From the NCBI RefSeq assembly GCF_000315625.1, contig NW_005434625.1, positions 141,726-205,725 on the forward strand: 64,000 nucleotides of DNA, in the 5' to 3' direction. Below are positions 51,000 through 64,000 of this stretch, in pieces. The stretch's first letter is position 1. Each line of letters begins with the position of its first letter. Position numbers and translations under genes: made by a program. The DNA comes from Guillardia theta CCMP2712. Taxonomy: Eukaryota; Protista; Cryptophyta. Under the pieces are notes generated by a model. The model was not told where the DNA came from. It did no database searches and saw only the letters and a program-made list of their open reading frames with translations.

Positions 51000-52089
51000 C
51001 CTTCCCTTCTTCCCTTCTCTTCATCTATTCATCTTCTCGAGTCCAAGCGCCACTTGTCAAGTTCACAAAACCACCCTACCCCCAGTGTTAGAGTTGTTTG
51101 CCTGCCACCCCACCTTGGTATGATGACTTAGATGACTGAAAAATTCGACGGAAAAGGACCCCTCCTTCAGTGGAAATTGTGACTACCCACCCTCCATTCA
51201 TAGTGTGATGTCATTAGCGAGCAAGCGAAAGTCGGCGGGGGAGGAGGGAGAANNNNNNNNNNNNNNNNNNNNNNNNNNNNNNNNNNNNNNNNNNNNNNNN
51301 NNNNNNNNNNNNNNNNNNNNNNNNNNNNNNNNNNNNNNNNNNNNNNNNNNNNNNNNNNNNNNNNNNNNNNNNNNNNNNNNNNNNNNNNNNNNNNNNNNNN
51401 NNNNNNNNNNNNNNNNNNNNNNNNNNNNNNNNNNNNNNNNNNNNNNNNNNNNNNNNNNNNNNNNNNNNNNNNNNNNNNNNNNNNNNNNNNNNNNNNNNNN
51501 NNNNNNNNNNNNNNNNNNNNNNNNNNNNNNNNNNNNNNNNNNNNNNNNNNNNNNNNNNNNNNNNNNNNNNNNNNNNNNNNNNNNNNNNNNNNNNNNNNNN
51601 NNNNNNNNNNNNNNNNNNNNNNNNNNNNNNNNNNNNNNNNNNNNNNNNNNNNNNNNNNNNNNNNNNNNNNNNNNNNNNNNNNNNNNNNNNNNNNNNNNNN
51701 NNNNNNNNNNNNNNNNNNNNNNNNNNNNNNNNNNNNNNNNNNNNNNNNNNNNNNNNNNNNNNNNNNNNNNNNNNNNNNNNNNNNNNNCGACGCAAAGAGG
51801 AGCTGAATCTGGAGGGAGGGAGGGAGGGAGGGAGGGAGGGTTTGTCACAGGTGGTATAGTTTGTGAAGAGTGAAGGTGCATCTTAGCATTAATTTCAACT
51901 ATGTTTACAGTAGTACAAGTTAATACAAATCTTCGATAACCTTATCCCCAAGGCATCTCATTCTGAGCTTCCAGAGCTTTGAGCCTGCAGCAGTAGCGTG
52001 TAAATCGTCATTCAGTAAATTCACAGGATGAGGATGAGGATGAGGATGAGGAGATAGGAAGGTGGAGGTGGAGGATGAGGAAGATGAGT

Positions 52090-54739
52090 CATATCGAGAG
52101 AAGATGGAGAAGGACTAGCAGCAGGGAGTGAAACGACCTGGCGAGCTCCTGCTTGAAGGGAAGGATCAGATTCCGAAACAAGCAAACGAATTTCTTCAGA
52201 CGACCCACGCCCTGTTGCATGTGTAAGTTGACTGCAATTACAGCTGTGAAGTTGTAGACGGAGAGCTGATTAAGGAGGGCAAGAGAAGGAGCAAGAGCAG
52301 GAGCAGGGGCAGGGGCAGGGGCAGGGGCAGGGGCAGGGGCAGGGGCAGGGGCAGGGGCAGGAAGGGGGAGGGAAAGTGAAGACAACCACAGTGAAAGCAA
52401 GAGGAAGGAGGAGAATGAGAGAGGAAGGGTATGGAGGCAGAGGAAGGGTAAGGAGGGTCCTGGAGAAAGAAAGGGAGGCTGAGAGGGAGAGGTGAAGGTG
52501 TGTTCGAGGTGAAAACCTCAGGAGTCTTGGTCCAGGTCTCGAAGCATTCCTCAAAGAGACAGTCCCTGTTGGCGTCGGAGAGCAGCTGGTGGGCAGATCG
52601 CCGATCGCCAGTGTTAGTGAGGAACGGGCGGCAGCACTCGGGCCTGAGTCTTTTCAAACATATCAGAGAGTAAGATGCGTATGCGAGCTGACAAGCGAGA
52701 GAGATTTTCACCTCATGGCTTCGTCATACTCCCAAGGCCTCACGTGGTGCAAGAAGTGACAAGTTTTCACGACTCTAGAGGAGGCGTAAGCTTATCTCCC
52801 CCCACTTCCATTGGCTCCACTTCTTGTTCAACCGTCTCATCAACGTGCTTTTGCCTTCCTTCCTCCTGACTAACCTTCCACTAGCTCCCTCCCCCTCTGC
52901 TCCTCTTAGCCCCATCCTCCTCAAGTTCCTTCTGTTCCGCTTCCAGCAGCCTCACCTGCCATGCTCATCCAATTGTCGGCTGGCTGTTGACTTCACGATC
53001 ATCGACTCGAGGATTTTCCCCGTCTAGCACAGAGAGTGAGGAAGTGTGAAGGAGGGAGGAAGGGGAGAGAAGAGGAGGGAAGAGGAGGGAAGGTACCTTT
53101 GGGCAAGATCTTACGAGCCGTTGATAGCGGTAGGCAGGGAGATCGTTGGTTCTGAACAGTTCATCTGCACGATGCTTACGGAGAAACAAACTCGGCGCAA
53201 GGTTGTTACTGAAGAGAGCTCCCAAGAATTCTATCTCCGAGTTGGGCAGCTGAGCAAGAGAAGCGATCAGAACGGGAGAGAGTAAAAGGAGAAGGCTCAC
53301 AAAGTGATCGCTGTGACCAACGCGAGCAAGGACTTCTTCGGGATGCATTTTCAAGAAGGAGGCCAAGCACTGGCTGACCTGTGAAGCTTGGTAAGCAGAA
53401 GGGAAAGAGAATCAGGAGGGGAAGGTTTACTTGAACCGACACTCTCTTCTGAGTGAGTGGGTCCCACTCGTACGCATAAAATCTGCGAGGGGTAAGGGCA
53501 GGTCAAAGGAGAGCGGCATACCCGATGTAGTCGTTGGAGCTCAAGAAACCTGCAGGAAAAGCGAGGGTGATAAAGCAGCAGCAGGTGAAGATACTAGACC
53601 TTCGTTGTCATCCTTGACTAGCTCAAGCACGGACGAATCTTGAGTCGGGACCTCCGGAGAGCTGGGGGGCGAGATTCGTTTGCACTTTCTGTCCGACAAA
53701 CAAGCAGCAAGTCAGAAGGAGGATCGATAGCTTTACCACTGACATTTGTCGAAGTCCCTCCAGGGCCATCAGCCCTTCGTCGAGCACTTGGCGGATGGCA
53801 TGAGGAAGGTTGTTGAGGATGCGGAGGAGCCTGCACATCGCTCATGCTAGCTTATGAAACACGCGAGTTCTACCTCGGCAAGCTGTACCCTGACTCCCAC
53901 ACCCGTCGGAAGATGACGTGATGGAGCCGCAGTGATTCTCGCTCACGATGCTGCCCCACGGACTAGTCAGGAGTGGCCACCAGCAGCACGGGTCTTGCTC
54001 GTCTCACTTCGCTTGTGTCCGAGAAAGTGATCTTGAGCGCGAACGGCATCGGCCGGTGAACTTGAACGGCTTGAGGTGGAGGCTCTAACAATTCCTGCTG
54101 CCCCCAGCCCTGAGGAAGTGTTGCAGGTTCTTCTTCTGCTGTCTTCCTCGTCGCTGCCTTGGCTGACTTGTAGCTCGCCGCGTTGAAGGGAGCTGAGCAG
54201 TTTTCTCCTCGCGCTCGTTTGATGCATTGGTCACCTTGAGGCTGATGAGAGGAAGCCGAAGCAACTCAAGACATCTCACAGGGCCTCAACTTGTTGCACT
54301 TCAACTTCTTCTGCTTGCAGAAGTCACAAGATCTCTGAGCATCGAGGTCAGCGAGCGTTTCAAGAGAGTCGGCGAGTCACCGGGTTTTGATCCTCCATGC
54401 ATGTGCCCGGGCATCCACTCCGTACACACGACTGCAAGGGAAAGAAGACGAGCAGGCAACTTCAGGAGCAGCACAAGTAGGAAGGACAAGGAGGACCGAG
54501 CATGGTTTGAGATAGTCACACTTGATCTTGCTAGAGCGGCACCGGAGACAAGCTTTCTTCCTGCTTTCAACCATGAGAGGAGGCGTGAAAAGGATGCGAC
54601 TTGACCGGGGTCTGCTCGCAAATTCTTCAAGCACATGATCGAAGGGATCATCACTCAACATGGCTTCCTGGCAAGAGCGATTAGATAAGAGAATGTCTCC
54701 AAGGGTTCAAATCCTCACTTCGAATATCGACCCCGTCAT
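52090..54739 (-). CDS. Zn(II)2Cys6 binuclear-cluster transcription factor (multi-exon)
   Basis: Intron-split cluster ACLRCRSSKIKCDYLKPCS|SCVRSGCPGTC (~54399-54550); downstream exons ...RQLDEHGR...VRPWEYDEAMR...PECCRPFL...GDRRSAHQLL. Confidence 0.8.
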
Positions 54740-57700
54740 GCCGATAGCATCCGAGGCGAGAGCCGTCAAAAGGCTTCTGCATCAGTCAATCGTTAGGAGA
54801 GAAAACTGCTGAGCTGAAGGAAAGGGCGCGGAAGGCAAGGGAGGGGGTTGGAACAAGGCAGAGAAGGAGGGATGGGAAGGAAAGGAGGTGAGATCAAGAA
54901 AATAGGGCATGTAGATCTTCACCAATCATCCTGCGAAAGTCACAGTCAGTTTGATTCCAAAACATCGATTTATGCTCTCTCATTATTATGGTTCAATATG
55001 AGCCCTGTATCATAAACTCTTACATCATGCTAGTGATAGCGTAAAGACTATCATATCATAATGGAAAGAAAAATAGTATCATATCGTGATTACATTGATG
55101 CCAGCTTCCATGATATCGATGCAGTTTCACTCGCACCCTGCGGAAAGATGCGCGTTGGATCTGACTATATCTATCCAATTAAAGCTCGTTTTAATTTCTC
55201 ATTCACTCCTGACTTTGCAAACAGCTCCCTTCTCGCTCTTTCTACTACACGATTTCATCTTGAAATCCTTTGCATCTACCAAATTGAACATCGTGATCTC
55301 AACATAGGACACAAATTCCCTTGAAGCTCTCTTTGCACTATCACATTCACATCTCACTTGTCCTTTCAGTACACTCAGGTGCTGATGCAGAAAACAGCAT
55401 ATGAGCTGTAGAAAATATCCTGATCTCAACAACAATGACCCAAGGATGTCTCTGCTTATTTGCATGTGTAAGAGTGTAAGAAGAGCAATGCAAACGGATC
55501 AAAGAATGAGGGCTGAAGGAGTACACGCCACATTCCGTGTTCGGCGAGCTAAGGAAGGGTCTAGAGCGAGCTCCAGGTTGATGTTGGCGGGAAGGCCCAG
55601 GAGGCATCAATAAGGGGAGTTGAGCAGCACTGAGATGACCGTCAGAAGCACATTGAGTCAAGATGGAGGTTCAAGATACGAACAGTGAGGTGCGATCAGT
55701 GCATGAAGCAGAACAGAAGGCAGGGACCGCCCTACACAAGACAAGAAGCAAGAGAGTGCGCTCATGTGTGATCTGAAGGGTCGATTGAGAAGAGCATGGG
55801 GTATCACGCCGAGGAGCAGGAAGGAGCATGCGGCAGCTATGGTGATCTGAGGACCACAAGAGAGGGAGGAGCGAGACAGATGGAGCAAGGCAGCGCGAAG
55901 CTTCAGCCATGCAACAGGCGGCACAGCCAGCATGGCAACATCATCTGTGAGCAGACCCGAGCAGACTTCTAGTACCGGGTTCGAGTTGACTAAACTGTTA
56001 TGTATAAAACTTGACTAAAAAACAAATGTCAGCCAAGTGCCCGGAGGTAAGATATGAAAATAACGGTATTGTAACGTCTGTCCTGGAACCAATCGTTATT
56101 TTCTTCGTAACTGTCAAGGCGGATCGCAATGGCCCGCGGCGCGAGGGAGTGAAGAAGGGGGATCATGGTTGTTATCTGATCGCATTTCGGTCATTCTCCT
56201 CCTCTCTTCAGCTTCATTCCTTTACCAATCCTCATACCCCTCGATTCATCCTCGAACAGGAGTTCTGGCCCTTGTTTGACCTTCGCCAACTGAGCAGCGC
56301 TACCCCTAAGTTTGACTGGCCATCTAGAACATTTCTCAGCTCATGTCGCACAACATAACAGTCAGGTGATGCTCTGCACTTCAATGATAAGAAACTTGAC
56401 TAGACATCACTGCAGAATCACCCTTCCGGGTGCAGAGGAGCAGACGTTCCAAGAGTGTTATGAGACTTTGCATCCCTCGGATGCGAGCACGAAGGGACTG
56501 AGCGCAATGTTAACAAAGCTTGTAATGTTCTGTCCTTGTGCTGGTACATCACATGGCTGTGACACTACTGACTCAGCATGAGCTGCAAGACAAGACTCAG
56601 AAGTTCTTGACTGAGAAGATCAACGATGACTCGAATCCATCGACAGCGCATGCGGAAGACGGGTGACTAGATGTGCATATCCTACGATCGCTCTTGACTT
56701 GCGCTCGCAGATATGAAGAAGAAGGAGTTGACGACGAGCTACCTTCTCCCTCCAGCGGGCCTCCCAAAAAACGGAACAAGAAGGGAAAATGAACTGACTT
56801 GCACCCCCCAATATCCAACCCTTGACTGGAAGAGAGAGAGACAGAGAGGGAGGGAGGGAGGGAGGGACGGAGAGAGAGAGAGAGACAGAGAGACAGAGAG
56901 AGAGACAGAGAGAGAGAGCAAGTCCTATGGCCGACCCGGAAGTCTTGAATGAAGTGCAAGAGTTCAACCATGTGTTTCTTTTTTCTCTCCAACACTCTGG
57001 AATCGGCCGATTCCCTCAACAAGCTCTTTGGAAATGCACTTGCAACTGAGAAATGAGGACCAGGCAAGAGGGAATAGCATGCACTATGACGGACTCTCTT
57101 TCTCTCGTGCGCACTTCCCAAATCAATCAGTGCAGGTATCATCTGCTTCAACGAATGATGGGTTATCTTGGCAAGTGCTACTGGTGGGACACTCGTGCGA
57201 TCACGTTTCGGTCACTCTTTTTTGCAGTCGTAGGAATCCTCCCTTAAAGGGCAAAGACTGAAAGACTGAGCCTGCAGATCGCGTTTGTTCGCTCAGATGA
57301 GGAAGGAAAAGCAGTAGCGAGCTAGATTCAAATAGTCAAAGACCCGCAGACGAGTGTTGCGACACATCGCGCACTTCTTGATAGCGATACAGCGAAATCA
57401 CCCCGATGGTTGTGGCTGAATGAGTTTGATACTGGCAGCCTGATGAACATTCTGTATCATCATCCCACTAATTCAACTAAACCTGCTCTCGCACTTCCTT
57501 TCCTCGAAATAGTTCTGAAAACATCATCATCTGTATGCTCCTCTGTTCTACCTACATACAATCTCGTGTCTTGTGATTATCAATCGATACATTGACCACC
57601 ATCTTACCATGGGTAAGGAAACTATGGAAATGTTTGTTGAAACATGCGAGAACTATTCAACCCTGCATCCCTGCTCTCCGTCCGTCCGTCCGTCCGTCCG

Positions 57701-57873
57701 CCCGTCCGTCCGTCCGTCCCTCTGCTCTGCTCCCTCTCTCCCTCTCCATCTCTCTCTCCCTCCCTCCCTCCCTCCCTCCCTCCCTCCTGCTTGCCAACAT
57801 CTTTCTCCTTCCCGCCCTCTCCCTTGCTGTTTTCCCGCCTTTGTATACTTGATTTTTTTTTTGCTTGACCGCA

Positions 57874-58630
57874 ATGTCGGACTTGGACGCGCGGGTGGAG
57901 AAGATGCTGCAGCGTCACAGAGGGTGGGAGGAGGAGGAGGGAGGAGGAGGAGACAAGCGGGAGGCGAGGGGCTACCAGCTCCCTGCCATCGGGGGGCTCG
58001 TGGTATGGCCTGCCGAAGAATCAGATATGGACGCTAACGGAGGAGGCACAAGGTCGGTCAAAGGATCAGAGTCAGGAGGAGCAGAAGTGGAAAGGACAAG
58101 AGGAGCAGGTGAGGACAAGCCCGCAGAAGAGTTAGAGCGTATGCCAGCTCAAAGCCCAGAGCGAGGGCGAGCAGGAGCTGCGTTCCCCGACTCTGCCGAC
58201 AGTCAAGGCACCGCGAGTATGAGCAGGTGGGAGCACCAGATCGCTTCGCTCAGACAAGCTTCTTCTGCAACGATCCTCGCGCTGGAGGAGAGGCTGAAAG
58301 GACTGCAGAATCAGCTGGCATACGAGGAGCAGACTAGGTGGTCGAGCAGGCGATGCTTTCGTGTCATCACTGATGCCCTCCCAGGAAGAAGTGGAGCGAG
58401 CACGCGAATGATCTTCAGAAGCAGCTGCACCGAGCAAGGCGCGATGCTTCTGAGCTGATCGTGCAGCAGCGCAAGGCTATCATGTACCTGACCGAAGATC
58501 GCACTCGTCTTCACTCCCTGATCTCAGATATGTGAGTCCCCGACCTGACGAGATCAGCTCTGACTCCTCCCCTCGCAGGCAGAAGGAAAACCGCGCGCTG
58601 AGGCAGCAGGTGAGAGCATACATGAGCCAG
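57874..58630 (+). CDS. Hypothetical coiled-coil protein or fragment
   Basis: MSDLDARVEKMLQ...LALEERLKGLQNQLAYEEQTR, then short GT-AG exons. Confidence 0.4.
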
Positions 58631-59059
58631 GCTGTCGGAGAGCAAGAAGCAGTGACGGGCTGCATCACCTGGATGGTAGATGGAGACTCGGGAGGTCGGG
58701 ACGCAACAGCGATTCCGCTGATCCACTCTCGCTACGTGGACCAGACAGCCAAGGACGAGAGTCGCTGGTTGGAAGGGAGACTGTGGAAAACTCCCCCTGC
58801 TAATGCGTTTGGAGATTTCATATCCATCGAGGAGGACAGCCCGAACAACTCTTTCTTTACTCCGAGCTCTTCTCCAAGGATAGAAGGCGCAGTGCCGGAA
58901 AAAATGGTGGAAGGGCGCTCGGAGTCCAATGAGTCGGAGTCGGCGGATCCCTCCAGCCTCCCCCCCGGTGCTCAGGCTCTTCATGCTAACTTCAGCCCCG
59001 ATCAGTGTCGCACTGGCTTCAGCAACTCTTCGTCACCTGAGGACTGGTGATCGTCAACT

Positions 59060-59582
59060 CAGTGATCAGCAATAAAGCCCAACAATAGCGCTCTCTTTCT
59101 GCGAATTGCTGGAACCTGTCAGCTCCAACTACTAGGTGCATGGTTCACACCCTCAGCAGGATCGTCAAGCCTTCTCCTCTTCACGCTCTCCGTGTCGTCG
59201 TCCGTGCACTTGCTGTGTGCATTGATGCAGCGATGGCATGGCCTCCCGTCCTCGCACTTCTGCTTCTTCTGGCGGTATGACACACAAGCTTGCTGGTTGC
59301 GTTTGTTGTTCTTCACAAATCTGTACGCTTCAAACTAAGTGATGGCTGTACGTCCAGAGTAGTCGCAACGAGGAGCGGCAGTGCTGCTGCTGTCCCTTCC
59401 TCCTCTGCCTCACACGCTGGTACCGACGTAGACTCGAACTCAGCGAGCTCGTCGTTGCTGCTCGCCTCCAGGTCTGCGAAGTCTATGAACGAGGCGAGGT
59501 CATGGGGCTCAACGACGATCTGAGAGATGGCGTCGTCGAGGGAGGAGGCGGAGAGGTTGGACTTGGTGTCGACAGAAGGCAT
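59060..59582 (-). pseudogene. Degenerate Zn2Cys6 transcription factor (second Cys replaced by Tyr); pseudogene or divergent gene
   Basis: KRNQQACVSYRQKKQKCEDGRPCHRCINAHSKC in ORF 59119-59316. The upstream ORF 59313-59582 is in another frame and needs an intron or frameshift. Confidence 0.55.
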
Positions 59583-60459
59583 GCAGTCACCAGGAGGGAG
59601 GAGGGTAGGGAGGAGCAGATCAAGGAGGAGAGGAAGCCGGTGACAGGGGGGCAGGCGAGCATTGGAGGCTGCAGGCGGGGGTGATCACTACCAAACACAG
59701 TACCCTACTACCCCATTCCCGTTTTCGGGCGGAAGCTTCGCTTTCAAGACCGCATCAGTTGGTGTGAAAGTTACCGGGTCTGAACCGAACTTCCTCTGAA
59801 ACAGGAAGCAATTGCTGAGCGCAGAAGGGACCTTAGCAATTGCAGAAGGGACAACTCTGATGAGCGCAATAAGACCGGCTGCTATGCTGCCTGATACGCT
59901 CCCAACAAGCCGTAGGGTAGATCACAAGGTGAGCTCCTGAATCAGTAGTTCTGATTCGGACAATCGAACGATGTACGGAACAACGAAGTAGCACTTTGGT
60001 GGAGAGGAAAGGACTGAAGCGATGAAGGAATGAAGGGAATTCTGGAGATGATGAAGAGCAAAAGGAAGGGGAGTAAGGAAAGGTTTATTCCGGATTTGAT
60101 GACAAAGGAAGAACAGTTCTAGATCATCCTTGGTATAACACGTATAGACGGTTGGTAGGAGCACGAGCGATGACGTCTGCTGCTCATGACAAACGGATGG
60201 TGACATGACCTGATGACAGGGGTTGCTCTGTTCGATTAGTGGGGGTCCCAGGGGTCCATACGAGACACGATAGGGTCCATTATAATTGCTCAGCAGTCAC
60301 GTTACTCTCGGCATCATTTTTTTTTTACGTACAAATGCTTCAGTTCCCTATCCAGGCAAAATGCGGGGGTCCTATCATGTAGGAGGGTGGGACCCACCGG
60401 TATTTTGACCTAGCATAACGGGGTAGGCAGCATATGCCGGTTTGCCGAACTTGCCAGTT

Positions 60460-61209
60460 GTGACCGTCCGATCGCCAACCGTTGAACTGGCAGATCCGTC
60501 GGCCGGTCCCCGAGCTTGAAAGGGTCAACTCACGGTCACGCGGGTCAACTTGGAAGCAACAAGGCTGACCGCCATTATTGGATGCAGATTGGCTTCGTGT
60601 AAGGCCTTGTGACAGGCCACGAGGCGGGCTCGATATAGTCGCACGTGGCGGGTTGCCTGGTGCCTTCGGAAGCGATGCATTATTGAAACTGAGTATATCC
60701 AAAAGTCGAGGTTTCGGAAAATATGTTTTTTTCGATGGATATGCAGTGGGGGGATAAAAAAATAGTCCTCAGGATCATCAGGCGAGGAGTGGGGAGAGGA
60801 GGAGAGGAGAGACGAGGAGAGGAGAAGAGAGCGACAGACTCGAGACAAAAAGGGCTTATTTCACTCCCAAGCAGTCAGGAGATACACGGAAGAGTAGGGT
60901 GCGCTTCAAGATATGTTGGAAGAAGAACACAGTAGCAGCAAGAAGCACGTCTCTTCGTCACATTGTTTGCTCAAAATCGCTCCAAGGAAGTGGTGGTTGT
61001 ACTTGTTGTTAGTAGCGGAAGCAGCAATAGGGAGCATGTGTCTACAAGAGAACCATAATCGATGAGTGCCTTTTGTCCACTCACAGCCGCTGATTCTCAC
61101 GGACTTTCACTGCATAGGTTTGACTGGGCAGGCTGAAGGACCGTAACGAAAGGTCCGCCCCTGACTTGCTCAGCTTCCGACGCCCTGGCATGGAGGGGCA
61201 TCCGTCAGA
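60460..61209 (+). repeat. Segmental duplication copy 1 (Myb upstream region + start)
   Basis: Matches 63076-64000 with indels; near-identical over the last ~400 bp (offset 2791). Confidence 0.9.
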
Positions 61210-61848
61210 TACCCTGACGAGTCACGAGGGTCAAGCTTCACGCGGAGAGGAGGGGCAGAGCCCTGCTCTGCCAACTTACGCCCCCCCGCGACCAGAAACA
61301 CTCGTCGATGCCATTGAGAACATCTTCTCTACAGCAGAGGATGAGGACGCCAAGTTGGGAGCTGGCGCTCATGCTGTCGACCCCTTCCTCGAGGACTTTC
61401 ACTCCTCCAAGTGCACCATAGCCAGCAGAGAGTTGGAGTTGGTGCCGGCAGCCCTCACGGAGGACATGGCAGGAGACGAAGGCAGGAGCTTGCACCGATG
61501 CTCAGGCGCACTGGTGGCGAGCATGACTCGAAAGAAGGGGGACGTGGGGGGGCACGGTAGAGCATGTTCGTCAAAGGATGCAGCAGCAGTAAGGGAGGCG
61601 AAGTCAAAGAGGGTGAGGAGGCAGTGGACGAGTGTGGAGCACGGGACGTTTGTGGAGATGTTCGAGAAGCTGCGAGACAAGAGTTTGACTGATGATCCTC
61701 CTCTTGGACTAGGTGCTGGAGTGGCAGAAACAATCTCCCTGGTGCTGAAAACTCGCACACCAGCCCAAGTGCGTTCACATGCGCAGAAGTACTTCACGAA
61801 GATCCGCAAAGAGAAGGAGAAGAAGCAGGAGGGAGGCAACTGTGATAA

Positions 61849-61883
<35 letters not shown>

Positions 61884-61975
61884 TGGAGGAGCAGGGGATC
61901 GAAGAGAGGGCTAAAGATAAGGGAGGGAGAGGAGGGAAGGGAGGACATCAGCGCAGTGGTCGACCGGCTGCTTGA
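61190..61975 (+). CDS. Single-repeat Myb (SHAQKYF class) transcription factor
   Basis: RRQWTSVEHGTFVEMFEKL...ISLVLKTRTPAQVRSHAQKYF; ATG at 61190. Confidence 0.9.
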
Positions 61976-63075
61976 AGGGAAGCGAGACAGTGAAGGGCAG
62001 AGAAGCATGTTGGTCGTGTTGCGATGTGAGTTCCTTCTCTGAGGAGAGTGGAATTTTCGTCTTCACATCGTCACAAGGTCGACAAAGACTCAGAGGTTTA
62101 CTCGCTGAGATGTAGAGGAATGAAGAACTCAGTTCTAGTCTCCCTCGTTCTCCTCCTCCTCCTCCTCCTCCCTCACTCCGAGCCCAGAAGCTCCTGGTCC
62201 ATGCTCAATCGGCTCTTCCCCGCGCTTTGCGTTTCAGGGAGAAACGTCACGAGAGCATCTAGAGCTCCTCTCTCCCTACATCTTCTCGGCAGTCTCCAGC
62301 TGCGCCCCAGCACATGGAGCACGTGCTGTAGCTGGAAACTGCCTACGAAGATCCTGCCCACACTTTCAGCTGGAGGAAAGCAGGAGAGCATATCTTACAG
62401 GTCATCGAGGCCGTGCCCAGCTTGGTGAAGGCCTCCTTGGGCGCGAGCTTGTAGTACTTGTCGACGAGGCTCTGCCGATGGCACTTGACCGTCACCGTCA
62501 GGAGGCCCAAGTGGAGACGAACCTGATCCACGTTGACGCCGTATGGATCTTTGAAGAGCTCGTGGAGCTGCAGACAAGTAAGCCGGAAAAGAAGAAAAGG
62601 CAAGAGGATGACGCGATGATGCTTCAGACGACTATGACCACGGCCAAAATGATAATGTAATATTGATATGATGGTGATGGTGGTGATGGTGATGATCATG
62701 GGATGATGATCATGGGGGATGATGATGATGATGATTAGGAGGAGGGAGAAGGGAGGAGGAGGAGGAACTTCGGAAGCCTTGAAGATATGGAGGAGGAGGC
62801 CCCCGAGGATCAGGAGGAGGAGGAACTTCGGAAACGAGGAGAAGAAGATTTGACCTCTTGCACAAGAGAGAAGTCTTCTTTTTCAGCTTGCTTGTACGCC
62901 TGCAGGCTTCAAGGCTTGTACGCCCTTGCCAGGCTTGTACGCCGGCCCGGTATCAGACGGACATGGCGGACTCCGAGCCTCGGCGGGGCTAGGCCTGGCC
63001 GGGCCCAAGCCCGGCGGTGCCGCCGGCCGCTGGCCTTGCTCGGAACTTGCCTTCCGAACCGCCCCGGGGACGGTC

Positions 63076-64000
63076 GTGACCTTCTGATCGCCAACTGGCA
63101 GATCCGTCGGAGCCAGCCGGTCCGAGCCTCGAAGTGGACTTGAACTTGTAAGGGTCAACTCACGCGGGTCAACTCGGCAGCAACAAGGCTGACCGTCATT
63201 ATTGGCTTCGTGTAAGGCCTTGTGACAGGCCACGAGGCGGGCTCGATATAGTCGCACGTGTTTTTAAAAGGAGATATACCCGTAGGGCCCGCTGAAAGGT
63301 CGTTGCTGAGGCGGGTTGCCTGGTGCCTTCGGAAATGAGTCTGAAGCGATGCATTATTGAAACTGAGTATATCCAAAAGTCGAGGTTTCGGAAAATATGT
63401 TTTTTTCGATGGATATGCAGTGGAGGGGATAAAAAAATAGTCCTCAGGATCAGGCGAGAAGTGGGGAGAGGAGGAGAGGGGAGGAGAGGAGAAGAGACAT
63501 CAGGGGAGAGAAGTGGCTCAGAAGCAGGACGTGGAGTCAGAGAAGGAGAGGACAGAAGAGGAGATGAGACATCAGGGGAGAGAAGAGAAGAGGAGAGGAG
63601 AGACGAGGAGAGGAGAGGAGAGCGACAGACTCGAGACAAAAAGGGCTTATTTCACTCCCAAGCAGTCAGGAGATACACGGAAGAGTAGGGTGCGCTTCAA
63701 GATATGTTGGAAGAAGAACACAGTAGCAGCAAGAAGCACGTCTCTTCGTCACATTGTTTGCTCAAAATCGCTCCAAGGAAGTGGTGGTTGTACTTGTTGT
63801 TAGCAGAGGAGGCAGCAATAGGGAGCATGTGTCTACAAGAGAACCATAATCGATGAGTGCCTTTTGTCCACTCACAGCCGCTGATTCTCACGGACTTTCA
63901 CTGCATAGGTTTGACTGGGCAGGCTGAAGGACCGTAACGAAAGGTCCGCCCCTGACTTGCTCAGCTTCCGACGCCCTGGCATGGAGGGGCATCCGTCAGA
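63076..64000 (+). repeat. Segmental duplication copy 2; second Myb paralog starts at ATG 63981 and runs off the window
   Basis: ATGGAGGGGCATCCGTCAGA is identical to 61190-61209. Confidence 0.88.

Noticed and set aside
61134-61160. CTGAAGGACCGTAACGAAAGGTCC as a hammerhead ribozyme
   Set aside because: The core is not CUGANGA and stems I-III cannot be formed; only a 5-bp hairpin is present.

Overview
Eukaryotic nuclear scaffold with short (~50-120 nt) spliceosomal introns, abundant GA-rich microsatellites and several N-gaps. The gene content and style suggest a cryptophyte alga such as Guillardia or Hanusia (inference). Genes: a CENP-B/Tigger HTH-only protein, eIF3b, an AT-hook protein, tRNA-Pro(CGG), a WD40 protein, a membrane protein, coiled-coil proteins, a giant cadherin-like/PSI multi-pass receptor, one intact and one degenerate Zn2Cys6 factor, and a tandemly duplicated SHAQKYF-Myb gene. 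Two mobile-element structures stand out. (1) A ~6.8 kb patchwork (2972-9775) of about 20 3' ends and shuffled internal fragments of one restriction-like-endonuclease (CRE-type) non-LTR retrotransposon, in both orientations. (2) A young Ty3/gypsy chromovirus (27057-35529, TSD ATGAG). Its gag and pol are in frame across UAG + 8-nt spacer + stem-loop, a read-through-like signal. Its 5' LTR is duplicated around a 2121-bp inverted copy of its own gag-pol, giving a built-in antisense/hairpin cassette. Exon boundaries and family calls were made by eye, without database searches.
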